Of a stretch of 32,000 nt of DNA, positions 1-8,871 are shown in pieces; position 1 is the first letter of the stretch; every line of letters begins with the position of its first letter. The notes below the pieces were generated by a model that saw nothing but the letters and a program-made list of their open reading frames with translations, was not told the DNA's origin and did no database searches. Location: the NCBI RefSeq assembly GCF_000014265.1, contig NC_008312.1, forward strand, positions 5,100,001-5,132,000, given 5' to 3'. The translations under genes and the position numbers were made by a program. The DNA is from Trichodesmium erythraeum IMS101. Its GTDB lineage: Bacteria > Cyanobacteriota > Cyanobacteriia > Cyanobacteriales > Microcoleaceae.

Positions 1-1
1 T

Positions 2-29
2 TACTTTGAAATTTTGAACTTTGACTTTT
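2..29. repeat. Degenerate heptanucleotide tandem array (TACTTTG AAATTTT GAACTTT GACTTTT), STRR-like
   Basis: Four consecutive 7-nt units read directly. Same TACTTTT/GACTTTT family as at 1722-1742 and 18284-18318. Lies just 3' of the cobA/hemD stop. Confidence 0.5.
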
Positions 30-34
30 AATCT

Positions 35-1573
35 TTAAGCTACTCTTACCCACTCAATAATAGCTTTAGTCAATCCATCCAAAGTATATTCTTGAGCTTC
101 CACATCTACTCTACCTAATAGACTATGACAACTTTGAGAAGTTTGAGGTCCGATAGAAGCAATACAAATATTTTCTAATAAATCTTCGGGTAATTTATCC
201 TTATTTTCCCCAATTAAATAACAAAAGTTTTTGACAGTTTTAGAACTAGCAAAAGTAATAACATCTATGTGATAATTCTGTAGGGCTAACAAAGCTTCGG
301 GTAAAATATTTTCTGGGCAACTAGACTCATAAGCAGCTACTTCTATTACCTCTGCACCTTGACTATTTAATTCCTTAACTAATACTTCTCGACCACCAGT
401 TTCTACTCTGGGAAATAAAATCTTTTTCCCACTCAATTTTTCGGGAAAATTCGCTACTAAAGAATCAGCAACAAAGTTAGGTGGAATAAAATCTGGTACT
501 AAACCACAAGTCTTCAAACTTTCTGCAGTTTTTTTACCAACTACTGCTATTTTTACTCCAGCTAAAGCACGACTATCTTTACCTTTCTCTGCTAATCTTT
601 CAAAGAAATAGTCTACTCCATTTGTAGAAGTAAGAATTAACCAATCAAAACTATTTATATTAGTAATACCTAGGTCTAAATCATGCCAACTTGAAGGGGG
701 AGTAATAACTAAAGCTGGCATTTCAATTACTTTTGCTCCTTGTTTTTTGAGAAGTTCGCTAAACTTACTTGACTGACCTGCTGAACGAGTTACTAAAATA
801 GTTTTATTTGCTAAAGGTGCTATCTCTGTTTTGGCTTCTGACTTTTCTCTAACCATGTTATTTGGATATTGTAAATAATCTCTTAATCTGACTACTTCTC
901 CTACTATTATCACACAAGGGGATAAATATTCAGCATAAGTTTGTTTAGCAATATTGCTCAAATTACTAATCCAAATTTGTTGTTTAGGAGTTGCACAATT
1001 TTTGATAATAGCTACAGGAGTTTGAGGTTTTCTTTGGTGTTTTAATAACTGATGTACAATTTCACCTAAATTTTTTGCCCCCATTAAAATTACTAAAGTT
1101 TCAATTTTAGATATTGTTTCCCAGTCTAATACTTTTATGTCATGAGCAGTTAAGATGACAAAAGCTCTACTCATTACTGTATCTGTTAAAGGAATATTTG
1201 CTAGTAAAGGTGCAGCTAATGTAGAGGAAATTCCTGGTACTATTTCAAATTCACAACCTGCTTTAATTAATGCTTGAATTTCTGGAGTAGCACGACCAAA
1301 AATAAAGGGGTCTCCTCCTTTTAGTCTAATTACTTGTTTGCCTAAATTATATTTTTCTATTAATAAGCTATTAATTTCTGACTGAGATATACTGGGTTTA
1401 CCGCCACGTTTACCCATCTCTATTTTTAAACAATTTTCTGGTGCTAGTTCTAAAATAGAGTCATCAATTAAGGCATCATAAATTAATACTTCCCCTTGAG
1501 TAATTAGGGCATGTGCTTTGAGGGTTAAATATTCTTTATTTCCGGGTCCGGCTCCAATGATATATACTTTCAT
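35..1573 (-). CDS. cobA: Bifunctional uroporphyrinogen-III C-methyltransferase (N-terminal half) / uroporphyrinogen-III synthase HemD-like (C-terminal half)
   Basis: 512-aa ORF. N-terminus VYIIGAGPGNKEYLTLKA...LKGGDPFIFGR...VPGISS is the classic SAM-dependent tetrapyrrole methylase signature. C-terminal half (TILVTRSAGQSSKFSELLKKQGAKVIEMPAL...WLILTSTNGVDYF) looks HemD-like. Confidence 0.85.
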   Translation of the reverse strand: MKVYIIGAGPGNKEYLTLKAHALITQGEVLIYDALIDDSILELAPENCLKIEMGKRGGKPSISQSEINSLLIEKYNLGKQVIRLKGGDPFIFGRATPEIQALIKAGCEFEIVPGISSTLAAPLLANIPLTDTVMSRAFVILTAHDIKVLDWETISKIETLVILMGAKNLGEIVHQLLKHQRKPQTPVAIIKNCATPKQQIWISNLSNIAKQTYAEYLSPCVIIVGEVVRLRDYLQYPNNMVREKSEAKTEIAPLANKTILVTRSAGQSSKFSELLKKQGAKVIEMPALVITPPSSWHDLDLGITNINSFDWLILTSTNGVDYFFERLAEKGKDSRALAGVKIAVVGKKTAESLKTCGLVPDFIPPNFVADSLVANFPEKLSGKKILFPRVETGGREVLVKELNSQGAEVIEVAAYESSCPENILPEALLALQNYHIDVITFASSKTVKNFCYLIGENKDKLPEDLLENICIASIGPQTSQSCHSLLGRVDVEAQEYTLDGLTKAIIEWVRVA

Positions 1574-1575
1574 TT

Positions 1576-1596
1576 CAGTTATTAGTTATTAGTTAT
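1576..1596. repeat. Heptanucleotide tandem array (CAGTTAT TAGTTAT TAGTTAT), STRR-like
   Basis: Three 7-nt units immediately upstream of the cobA/hemD start codon (minus strand). Related AGTTATC-type strings recur at 26041-26052, 30617-30645, 31723-31745 and, inverted, at 20628-20640. Confidence 0.55.
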
Positions 1597-1721
1597 CGGT
1601 AAAAAGTAGGTTGGATATAACGCAGTAAAGCTAAACATTGGTTTTATAACTATGGGTTTAGGTTAGGAGGCTGTTAAACGGTTTTTGCGCGGCATTTCTG
1701 TACTAAAAATTTATCAGAGAT

Positions 1722-1742
1722 TACTTTTGACTTTTGACTTGT
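1722..1742. repeat. Heptanucleotide tandem array (TACTTTT GACTTTT GACTTGT), STRR-like
   Basis: Three 7-nt units read directly. Same unit family as 18284-18318. Confidence 0.55.
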
Positions 1743-2684
1743 GGGTAGGGCTGTATTTTTGTTGGGTTTCGGTTACTAAACCCAACTTACTGTGTACTTT
1801 CTTTTTTCAAGTTTGTTTCATTAAATGCTTTTTCTAATTCTGAAGTTAATTGTAAGCGATCGCTCCACAATTTCAAATAGTCAAAATCTAATATTTTTGA
1901 TCTAGCTTTTAAAATTCCTAATAGATAACGTCATTGTTTTTGATAAGTTATCTGATATTTTGTATCATCTTAATTTCTGTAAAATAATATTTTCTGGAAA
2001 AATAATATAAATAAGTTTATTTCCGACAAATAATTGTATGATTTTCCGGCAATACATTGCTAATAATTCAAAATAATTCGATTATTTAATAGGATATATT
2101 TCAGCTTTAATTACTGATTTTTATGAATAAGAAAAAATATTATTATGACTCTTAACAGCATCTTCTATAGAATCTTAAGTTACATATTTTTTTGTTAATA
2201 AAACTGCTATTAATTGTTGTATTTTTATAGCCATAAAATTACTGCAATATCAGCATATTCTGTTTTTATCCTGTCTCCCTAGAAAGAGCTAGCAAGACTA
2301 CTAATGAAATAGTAAAAAATGTGCAATTTATCTAATTTTTACCAAGGTTTACGGCTAAGTTTATTTCATAAATAACCATAAAATCTGTATGGATTAATTT
2401 ACTAATTGAATAATATTCTCTCATGATTTTAATTTTATATACTCTATTTTTAGTTTTTTATTGGTTAAATTATTATGTTGCTTTTTAAATAAAATTCACA
2501 AATTTTATTGTAACTGAATAGATGCTCTATGATGTTGGATACTTCTGGTTTATATGGGCATTTCACCTATTATTTCAAAACAATTTTTTTCAGTTTCTAT
2601 TGTTATGTCTGTTGCTTGGTTTTTATACATTATTGGCTATTTATAGTTTTTTTTCATAAAGAAGAGGTACATTTACGAGCCTCT

Positions 2685-2776
2685 ATTATCTCTCTGAAAA
2701 AGGGGGACTTTCTGTTTGATTTTCTAGGATACCCCATTATCTCCTTGAAAAAGAGGGACTTTTTGTGAGCTCTTCC
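2685..2776. repeat. Two ~31-bp direct repeats (ATTATCTCTCTGAAAAAGGGGGACTTTCTGT / ATTATCTCCTTGAAAAAGAGGGACTTTTTGT) with a hairpin-capable CTGAAAAAGGGGGA-type core
   Basis: Copies at 2685-2715 and 2746-2776. Related cores at 13786-13800 (CCTGAAAAAGGGAGA) and 26701-26714 (CTGAAAAAAGGGGG). GAGGTACATTT at ~2665-2675 is mirrored by AAATGTACCTC at ~26757-26767. This looks like a dispersed short-repeat family. Confidence 0.55.
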
Positions 2777-2935
2777 TCTTTTTAAGTTATGCTTGCTCAA
2801 TTATCTTTATTAACATAAAACTTGACAAATAAAGAGAAGTAAAGATTATTAGGATAGCTTTTGATGTGATTTTTAAGCTATTTTTTCCTAAAAGTCTCCC
2901 TATATTTTTACGTCCCTATTTTCCTATTTGTAACT

Positions 2936-3706
2936 ATGGGTATTATATATATTGGCGATCGCGAAACAGGTAAAACTTCTCTTGCTCTTGAACTAGCTAA
3001 CCCTAGTAGTAATAATTTTGTCAAAGTTATTTCCCCCCCCTACAACGAACTAAAGGCTTTACTGTGGGACGATGTAGAGGGGAGAACCCGTGCTACGGAT
3101 GGCAGGGAAGCTACCTATGACCGGACCCTAGAAATAGAAGTTTTCCTTTCCACTAGGCGCAAAACAATATATACCGACTGGGTCGATACTCCTGGAGAAA
3201 TATGGCGAGGAAGTTGGCAAAAAAATAACCCGGACAAATGGGCCAGTTTTGTAGAAACTGCTCATAGTAGCCAAGGAGTTATTCTAGTTGTCCCTCCCTA
3301 TCGGGAAATTATCCGTCAAGATGGGGGAACCAACCCTGATGAATTTATTACTCAACAGCAGTGGGTACGACGGTTTGATAGCTGGGTAGATTTTTTCCGT
3401 TATGAGTGTCCAAATGTCAAACATATTGCTTTATGTCTGAATAAAGTGGACTTACTCCAAGGTATTGACCTGAAACAGGAAGCAGAAAAATTGGCCTTTC
3501 ATCCCCACAGCTCCCGTATGAACTGGAATGAACGCAATGACTATATCTTCAAGCGCTTTTTCCGTCCTATTCGCTCCCATATTGCTCAACTTAATAAATA
3601 CACTTCTGGTTTAAGTGTGAGGTGTTTTATTACTAGCATTTATAACCGTGAGCTTCTTGAGCTACCCTGGATTTATCTAGGAATTTATCTTAAAAGTGAC
3701 ATTTAA
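2936..3706 (+). CDS. P-loop GTPase-like protein, paralog 1 (canonical G1/G3/G4 motifs)
   Basis: 256 aa. G1/Walker A GDRETGKT (aa 7-14), G3 DTPGE (aa 84-88), canonical G4 NKVD (aa 169-172). The next paralog starts 16 nt downstream. Confidence 0.8.
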   Translation: MGIIYIGDRETGKTSLALELANPSSNNFVKVISPPYNELKALLWDDVEGRTRATDGREATYDRTLEIEVFLSTRRKTIYTDWVDTPGEIWRGSWQKNNPDKWASFVETAHSSQGVILVVPPYREIIRQDGGTNPDEFITQQQWVRRFDSWVDFFRYECPNVKHIALCLNKVDLLQGIDLKQEAEKLAFHPHSSRMNWNERNDYIFKRFFRPIRSHIAQLNKYTSGLSVRCFITSIYNRELLELPWIYLGIYLKSDI

Positions 3707-3722
3707 TTTTAAGTAAAAATTT

Positions 3723-4544
3723 ATGGGAAATATTTGTATCATCGGACCCAAGAACTCAGGAAAAACTACCTATCTCGCTGGACTGAGCTATTATTCTGAT
3801 TATGGAGGTTCTTGTAGTAAATATATAGTTTCACCTCTAAACGATGAGTCTCGCGAGCTAAAGCAGCAAGCGGAAGATACTATTTTGACGGGATTATCCT
3901 TTGATGCGACTGGTACCTATGTTCAGAGCGTAAATGACCTTAACTACTACTCTTTTAAAATTGAAGTAAAAAGGGGACTTTTTAAACCTAAAAATATCAT
4001 TATACTAAATGTTCGGGACTATCCTGGTGAAATATTTGAGAATATCCTCTATGCCAGTCAAACAGATAGTATTCACGAAGAGTTTATCAACGAATGTTTA
4101 ATGCCTGATGTTGATGGTTGTCTGTTGCTGTTTACTGAATGGGAAAATAGCAAAGACGATTTTTATAGTAAACTTATGAGTCGCTTTGTGGAAATAATGG
4201 ATGAACACGGTCGTCTTTACAACTATCGTCTAGCTGTGGTGATGAGTAAATGTGAGCGGGGAGAAATTTGGCCAGGACGTATTGACCCTGAAACCGACCT
4301 ATTCCGTGTTTATTTGAAAAAAACTTTTAAAACCCTCAAAAAAGACATTCCTAAACGGAACTTAAGATTTTTTGCCCTATCAACCTTCGGTGTTTTAGGA
4401 CGTTATGACCCACGGCCAAACCGTGTTGATGCTGTGGGTAGTGGGGGACGAGCTTCGACTTTACGGAAATCGGAGGGGAAATCTTGGAAACCCTATAATC
4501 TCATAGAACCCCTTTGTTGGTTAAATAAGGAGGGGCCAAAATAG
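3723..4544 (+). CDS. P-loop GTPase-like protein, paralog 2 (G4 replaced by SKCE)
   Basis: 273 aa. G1 GPKNSGKT (aa 8-15), G3 DYPGE (aa 99-103), SKCE at the G4 position (aa 175-178), LSTFG G5-like. C-terminal tail WKPYNLIEPLCWL is shared with paralog 3. Confidence 0.8.
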   Translation: MGNICIIGPKNSGKTTYLAGLSYYSDYGGSCSKYIVSPLNDESRELKQQAEDTILTGLSFDATGTYVQSVNDLNYYSFKIEVKRGLFKPKNIIILNVRDYPGEIFENILYASQTDSIHEEFINECLMPDVDGCLLLFTEWENSKDDFYSKLMSRFVEIMDEHGRLYNYRLAVVMSKCERGEIWPGRIDPETDLFRVYLKKTFKTLKKDIPKRNLRFFALSTFGVLGRYDPRPNRVDAVGSGGRASTLRKSEGKSWKPYNLIEPLCWLNKEGPK

Positions 4545-4601
4545 TTTGGATCTTAACTCCTAGGGTTGTCTTACAGTCTATAACAATACTTAAAGAAAGA
4601 A

Positions 4602-5507
4602 ATGGTATTATTTGGCAAACAAAAAAAACTAAACTCGGATTCTTTATCAAAAGCTTTCGGGGATGATTCGCTTTTACGTATTATTGGCGGTCGCAACTCT
4701 GGCAAAACTGCTTATCTGGCCTCTTTGGCCTACTGGCCTAATGCTAATCCAGAAAGTCCAGTCAAAAGCATTACGCCTATTGGTGAGGAAGCAGAAGAAC
4801 TTATAGACAAAGCACGAGATATCTTGGAACAGGGATTAGAACTTGAGCCAACTGACCTAAAGGCTGATATTAATGAAGTGAAAGATTATAGTTTTAGTAT
4901 CAATTTAAAAGACCGCTTTTCTTGGTTGGAGGGTTCAAAGAAGTCAGTTCAACTCAATATCAGTTGCAAGGACTATTCAGGAGAACTTTTCTCCGACCTC
5001 ATTTATAAAAAAGGAGACCCAAAGTTAGAAGGTTATCTGGAAGATTGCTGCTTGGCCAGAGGATTACTAATGCTGGTTGATGGCACAAGTCATCGTAAGG
5101 ATAAGGAGTTTGCTATGGGAATGGAGAAGTTGTTGATGGAAATAGATCGCTCAGAAATGGAGATGCAGCATCGGCGCATCGCGTTGGTATTGAGTAAATG
5201 TGAACAGTTAGAACTGTGGGTTAATCGACATCGACCAAGAAAAGTGGCAGCAAGATTTCCCAAATTGTCTGCTCAACTAGAAGCTTGGTCTTATTCTGGT
5301 GGGGGTACGGTAGAATATTTTACTACTTCGGCCTTTGGAATTTTAGGACGACAGTACCCAGAACCCAACTCAATGCGGTTGAGAAGATCGCGAGATGGAA
5401 CTGGTTCGGTGATTAAAAAGCCGAAACTTTGGCGCCCTTTTGGTTTGGTGTCACCCATTTATTGGCTTTGTACTGGAAAACGCCACTCGGAACTTGATCG
5501 AGACTAG
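4602..5507 (+). CDS. P-loop GTPase-like protein, paralog 3 (G4 replaced by SKCE)
   Basis: 301 aa. G1 GGRNSGKT (aa 29-36), G3 DYSGE (aa 124-128), SKCE (aa 198-201), TSAFG, tail WRPFGLVSPIYWL. Collinear with paralog 2 throughout. Confidence 0.8.
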   Translation: MVLFGKQKKLNSDSLSKAFGDDSLLRIIGGRNSGKTAYLASLAYWPNANPESPVKSITPIGEEAEELIDKARDILEQGLELEPTDLKADINEVKDYSFSINLKDRFSWLEGSKKSVQLNISCKDYSGELFSDLIYKKGDPKLEGYLEDCCLARGLLMLVDGTSHRKDKEFAMGMEKLLMEIDRSEMEMQHRRIALVLSKCEQLELWVNRHRPRKVAARFPKLSAQLEAWSYSGGGTVEYFTTSAFGILGRQYPEPNSMRLRRSRDGTGSVIKKPKLWRPFGLVSPIYWLCTGKRHSELDRD

Positions 5508-5556
5508 GTTGAGCTTGCTTCTTTTGTTATTTACTTAGGCTAATTTTTTTATAGTT

Positions 5557-8500
5557 ATGAGTATGGAGAATAAAATATATATTCACGAATTTAGTACTGG
5601 CATTGAGGTAAAAGGTACGGCAACAGCATGGGAATCAGGGGGTTTTACCGGAGAGTATATGAACCGGACTCTTGACAAAATTCCGCAGGCAGTATTAGAT
5701 TCAATCGCTAACAGAGAGTTTGCTTTAGCGGAAGGGGTGGTGAGAGCAGAGCCGGCGATCGTGGGGCGGGTAGTAAGACGTGGTAAGGAAAGCTGGTCGG
5801 TAGTAGCAGTCGTAACAAGGGGTCGAGACGATTTCGGACGGGGAGTATCCCTATACCGTTATTTTCTGTGTCAGGGAGATACAGGCATTGAAACTATTTT
5901 GCGCTGGATGAATAAACCGCTTTCGTGGGTGTTTAATCCGTTTGATAAGAGGGCGATCGGGGAACCTCATCAAGCAGATCATAGTTATATGGAGGTTAAC
6001 TTAATTAAATTTAAGGAGATGTTAGACCAGTCACCACCAATTATTTTTCTTGCTGCAGAGAGTTGTACACCGTTGCTATTAAATGAAATAACGCGAAAAC
6101 TACGGAGACCCAATGGCGATCGCTCATGGGCTTATAAAGTGGCTATGTTGGAACGACCAGAGTATTTTCAGGTCATTTATCCCGCTGATGCTAAAGCAGA
6201 GATGGTCATCAGGGAAGTTTTAGACCGCCGTCAAAGTTCCTCAGTGCTGATATCGGGAGAATCTGGAATTAAAACAGCAATTAAAGCGGTGATGAATGGT
6301 CGGGTGAAGCGGGGACATATTGAGAGTTTAGAAAATGCTCTGGGAAACCAAGGGCTTGATAAGAATTATTGGAAATCTGTTTTAGATAAAGAGGGCGCTT
6401 CTCAAGCTGTTACAGAAAATATTTATGGCGATCGCTATGTGCGACTGTTGACGTTAAAAGCAATGTTAGTTCCACAATTTTTGCCTGAATTTCTAGCTTG
6501 GCTTGCTCATTCACAGGAAGGGGAAATACATTATGGTACTTCGTTAAAGTTACAGCAATCAATGTTACAAGAAGCCCCGAAATTTACTGAACATTTTCCC
6601 CGACTTTCTGAATATCTCAAATGGGGAATTTGCTATACAATTGATGACTTGGTTGATGAGCCGAAAATTATTAAACAATCTCAATTCTTATTAACTAAGC
6701 CAGGGTTTTGGGGTCAGCTTTACAAAGAATCTCTTTCTAAGGAGTTGGAGAATGTTCTCGATCTTATGGGTGAAAAGAGACATAATTTGGAGTCTCTGAA
6801 TTCTCTATATCCCCAATGGAGTAGTTTATTGGGTAAAATTAATAAGTTTTGGTATCCGCAAGAACGACCCGATAATAAATATAAGAGTTTGGCAGAGTTG
6901 TTTGAGAAATTAGAAACCGCAAAATTGGCTGCTATTTTCTATCAAATAGCAGAGGGTAGCGTTCCGAAAAATTTGTTTGACAGTATTTTACCCTCAGATA
7001 AAAAATCAGAATCAACAAGACTTTTTAACAAGAAGATTGATCGCAAGAAAAGTGTAGGCGATCATATTAGTTCTGTTTTCAATGACGTTCAAACAACTTT
7101 TCTTTTAAGTCGGCGGACAGCAATTCAGAAATTGATGAACAATTCCGTAAAGTGGGAATACCTCACAACTTTGGATAATGCTTTGGACAACTCTACAGAA
7201 AACCAACTAAACGATAATGAATCATGGGAGTCATTTTTCGACAAGCAAGGAGCGAAAGGAGCATTGGATAAGAATTCTTACTCTAAGCGCATCATAAAAC
7301 TGTTGACATTAAAGGCCATCTTGATTCCACATTTTTTACCTCTTTTTCTGGAATGGCTTAGGAAATCAGAAGAATCGGAAAAACACTATAGTGTCTCTCA
7401 AAATCTACAGGAAGAGATATTAGGGAAAGTCCCAGAATTGACTCAAAATTGTCCAAAACTTTCTGAACAACTCAAATGGGGTATTTGTATCGTTATTCAT
7501 AGCTTGGTTAATTACCCACACATTCTTAAAGAGTCCAAGTTGTTGTTAACTAAACCAGGGTTGTGGTCGGAGGTTTACCAAGAATCTCTTTCTGGGGAGT
7601 TAGAGAATGACATAAATCTGATAAGTGCTTATATTTCTGGGAGAAGAGATTTGCCGTTTCAGGCAGTTCAATACCCTGAATGGGAGGAGCTGTTGAGGGA
7701 TATTATGAAGTTTTCGCCACGGGGACAACAAGCAGATTCTCGATATTGGACATTGGGGAATTTGTTTGAAGCAGTGGAAACACCAAAACTGGCTCAAGTT
7801 TTCTATGGAATAGGGGGGAATGAGGCTCCGACATCAATAATGCCTTCAAAAAAGGCTCAGAAATCAAAGGGTATTGTAAAAATTTGCTGGGATTTTTTGT
7901 TTGAAAAGATAGACATGGGAGATAGAATGCGTAGAATTTTTATTTTGTTGGTTTTCTTCGCCTCAGTATCCTTCGCTGGATATAGTGGATGGTTTCTGCG
8001 AGGTATTCTACAGCCTAACGGTTCAGCGTCAAAAAGGAATGAAAATTATCAAGCAATTAATGCTTTAATAGATGATTTGACTAAAGAAACAAAAAATATA
8101 TTTGATCAGAGCAAGAAGAATAATCAAGATGATAAGTTACCTAAAAAAATTATTGCTAGCATTAAGCAGAAGAAATTAAATAAGCCAGAAGAAATTTTAC
8201 CGTTTTGTATTGGAGACATACTAGAAATTAAAGATTTTCAGTACAGTGATATAAAGGCAGATAATCAAAAATCACTAAAATTTAGTGAAGCTATTTCTAA
8301 ATATCAGGATCAAAAAGGAATAAAAAATGCTGCTCCTGGGATAATTAAAAGAGATAAAAATACATATAAACAGTTAAAAATAGATATTGAAAATGAATGC
8401 TTGTCTCCTAGGCTTTCTGAGATAAATCAAGATAAATACGATAAAACTAATGCAGCAATTGAGGCAATAGCAAAAGGATTGGAAATAAAGATAAAAGATT

Positions 8501-8871
8501 TAGTTTCAAATAAAAGTTTACCTACTGATATCCCAGCAATATTTTATAAAGATTACTATCAAGAGCAAAACCCAAACCCACAAAACATCAACTCACAAGG
8601 AATTGTACAGCACTGTGTAAAAAAAGAACTGGGACTGGGGTCTGACTTCCAGTACAGCTATATTAGGCAATATAATAAAGAATGGGAGAAATTTAGTGAA
8701 ACAATCAAGAAATATCAGAGAGAAAAAGGTACAATGACAGCTCCTGATGGAGTAATTAATCAGGAGAAAGATACACAAAAAACATTAAAAGAAAATATTC
8801 AGAAAAAATGCTTAAAATCTACAACAGTTGAATCCCTTAACCTGAAAAACCCAAAACCACCTAGTACATAA
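5557..8871 (+). CDS. Giant (1104 aa) single-pass membrane protein: N-terminal alpha/beta region, two ~215-aa helical repeats, one TM helix, lysine-rich C-terminal region with two ~70-aa repeats
   Basis: Long uninterrupted ORF 49 nt after GTPase paralog 3. Internal repeats at aa ~256-470 and ~537-757. TM segment RRIFILLVFFASVSFAGYSGWFL (aa ~792-815, nt ~7930-8001). C-terminal repeats at aa ~882-951 and ~1018-1088. The stop overlaps the next start (TAATG). Confidence 0.85.
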   Translation: MSMENKIYIHEFSTGIEVKGTATAWESGGFTGEYMNRTLDKIPQAVLDSIANREFALAEGVVRAEPAIVGRVVRRGKESWSVVAVVTRGRDDFGRGVSLYRYFLCQGDTGIETILRWMNKPLSWVFNPFDKRAIGEPHQADHSYMEVNLIKFKEMLDQSPPIIFLAAESCTPLLLNEITRKLRRPNGDRSWAYKVAMLERPEYFQVIYPADAKAEMVIREVLDRRQSSSVLISGESGIKTAIKAVMNGRVKRGHIESLENALGNQGLDKNYWKSVLDKEGASQAVTENIYGDRYVRLLTLKAMLVPQFLPEFLAWLAHSQEGEIHYGTSLKLQQSMLQEAPKFTEHFPRLSEYLKWGICYTIDDLVDEPKIIKQSQFLLTKPGFWGQLYKESLSKELENVLDLMGEKRHNLESLNSLYPQWSSLLGKINKFWYPQERPDNKYKSLAELFEKLETAKLAAIFYQIAEGSVPKNLFDSILPSDKKSESTRLFNKKIDRKKSVGDHISSVFNDVQTTFLLSRRTAIQKLMNNSVKWEYLTTLDNALDNSTENQLNDNESWESFFDKQGAKGALDKNSYSKRIIKLLTLKAILIPHFLPLFLEWLRKSEESEKHYSVSQNLQEEILGKVPELTQNCPKLSEQLKWGICIVIHSLVNYPHILKESKLLLTKPGLWSEVYQESLSGELENDINLISAYISGRRDLPFQAVQYPEWEELLRDIMKFSPRGQQADSRYWTLGNLFEAVETPKLAQVFYGIGGNEAPTSIMPSKKAQKSKGIVKICWDFLFEKIDMGDRMRRIFILLVFFASVSFAGYSGWFLRGILQPNGSASKRNENYQAINALIDDLTKETKNIFDQSKKNNQDDKLPKKIIASIKQKKLNKPEEILPFCIGDILEIKDFQYSDIKADNQKSLKFSEAISKYQDQKGIKNAAPGIIKRDKNTYKQLKIDIENECLSPRLSEINQDKYDKTNAAIEAIAKGLEIKIKDLVSNKSLPTDIPAIFYKDYYQEQNPNPQNINSQGIVQHCVKKELGLGSDFQYSYIRQYNKEWEKFSETIKKYQREKGTMTAPDGVINQEKDTQKTLKENIQKKCLKSTTVESLNLKNPKPPST
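6322..7827 (+). repeat. Intragenic tandem duplication (two ~215-aa modules, nt ~6322-6966 and ~7165-7827) inside the giant protein
   Basis: Shared blocks in the same order: LLTLKA(M/I)L(V/I)P.FLP.FL.WL, HY, P.LSE.LKWGIC, LLTKPG.W, Y.ESLS.ELEN, YP.W..LL, LFE..ET.KLA..FY.I. Confidence 0.8.

Noticed and set aside
2529-2768. 79-aa ORF in the long intergenic region upstream of the GTPase genes
   Set aside because: The translation is Phe/Tyr/Ile/Leu-rich and low-complexity, as expected from AT-rich noncoding DNA. Its 3' half is built from the two ~31-bp direct repeats (giving the repeated ISLKK.DFL peptide). It has no motif or RBS support.
2822-2852. Sigma-70-like promoter (TTGACA at 2822-2827, weak -10 ATTATT or TATTAG 17-19 nt downstream) ~90 nt upstream of the first GTPase gene
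   Set aside because: The -10 match is poor. The whole AAACTTGACAAA.AAGAGAAGT string recurs at 26504-26534 in a place where no + strand gene follows. It is therefore probably part of a dispersed repeat, and it is not reported as a feature.
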